From Tubulanus polymorphus (lineage: Eukaryota; Animalia; Nemertea): a DNA stretch of 64,000 nucleotides. Below are positions 63,752-64,000 of this stretch, one piece after another. Position 1 is the stretch's first letter. Every line of letters begins with the position of its first letter. The translations under genes and the position numbers were made by a program. The notes under the pieces are model-generated. The model was given only the letters and a program-made list of their open reading frames with translations. It ran no database searches and had not been told where the DNA came from. The stretch spans positions 11,998,451-12,062,450 of the forward strand of contig NC_134035.1 in assembly GCF_964204645.1 (NCBI RefSeq), given 5' to 3'.

Positions 63752-64000
63752 GTACGTATTGTCAGCTCCGATACCGAAGAATCGATGTTGCAGCAACGTT
63801 TCGTCATATTCGACCCTGTTGTTTTTAGAAGAAATAAACGTTTTTCAAACAAACTGAATTCTAACTGAATTTCTGACCGATAGTTTTTAGCGTCGTAATT
63901 AAGTAGATATCGATCTGAAGCCGTTGAAGATCATTCACTAAATCTTTCTATTTTTCAAAATGAACTCCAAAACACCAGACATCAGATACACACTTTCAAA

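Overview
Eukaryotic, intron-rich, AT-rich genomic DNA from an animal, most likely a marine invertebrate (lophotrochozoan-like; inference). The six-frame ORFs are mostly exon fragments, so I rebuilt the genes by hand from splice signals and reading-frame phase. There are five spliced genes and one nested single-exon gene. (1) A large secreted/membrane multi-MAM protein on the minus strand: 36 exons, at least 12 MAM domains, running off the left edge. (2) A single-PDZ NHERF/EBP50/Sip1-like scaffold on the plus strand, with a candidate alternative last exon. (3) TRMT12/TYW2 on the minus strand, whose GC-AG intron contains (4) an antisense intronless 126-aa type-I membrane protein gene. (5) SRSF7/SRSF3-family splicing factor on the plus strand, with a candidate 500-nt poison exon. 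(6) A 2xRRM + Tudor (TDRD10-like) gene on the minus strand. The introns hold many MITEs, piggyBac-type TTAA elements, an L2/CR1 LINE tail and minisatellites. The most striking signal is a family of short fold-back, Penelope-like elements with target-site duplications that carry minimal type-I hammerhead ribozyme motifs. One copy (31651-32574) has expanded into 11 head-to-tail hammerhead motifs at only ~70-bp spacing, in sense orientation inside the NHERF intron, resembling a very small retrozyme-like array. All calls come from reading the sequence; no database searches or folding programs were run.
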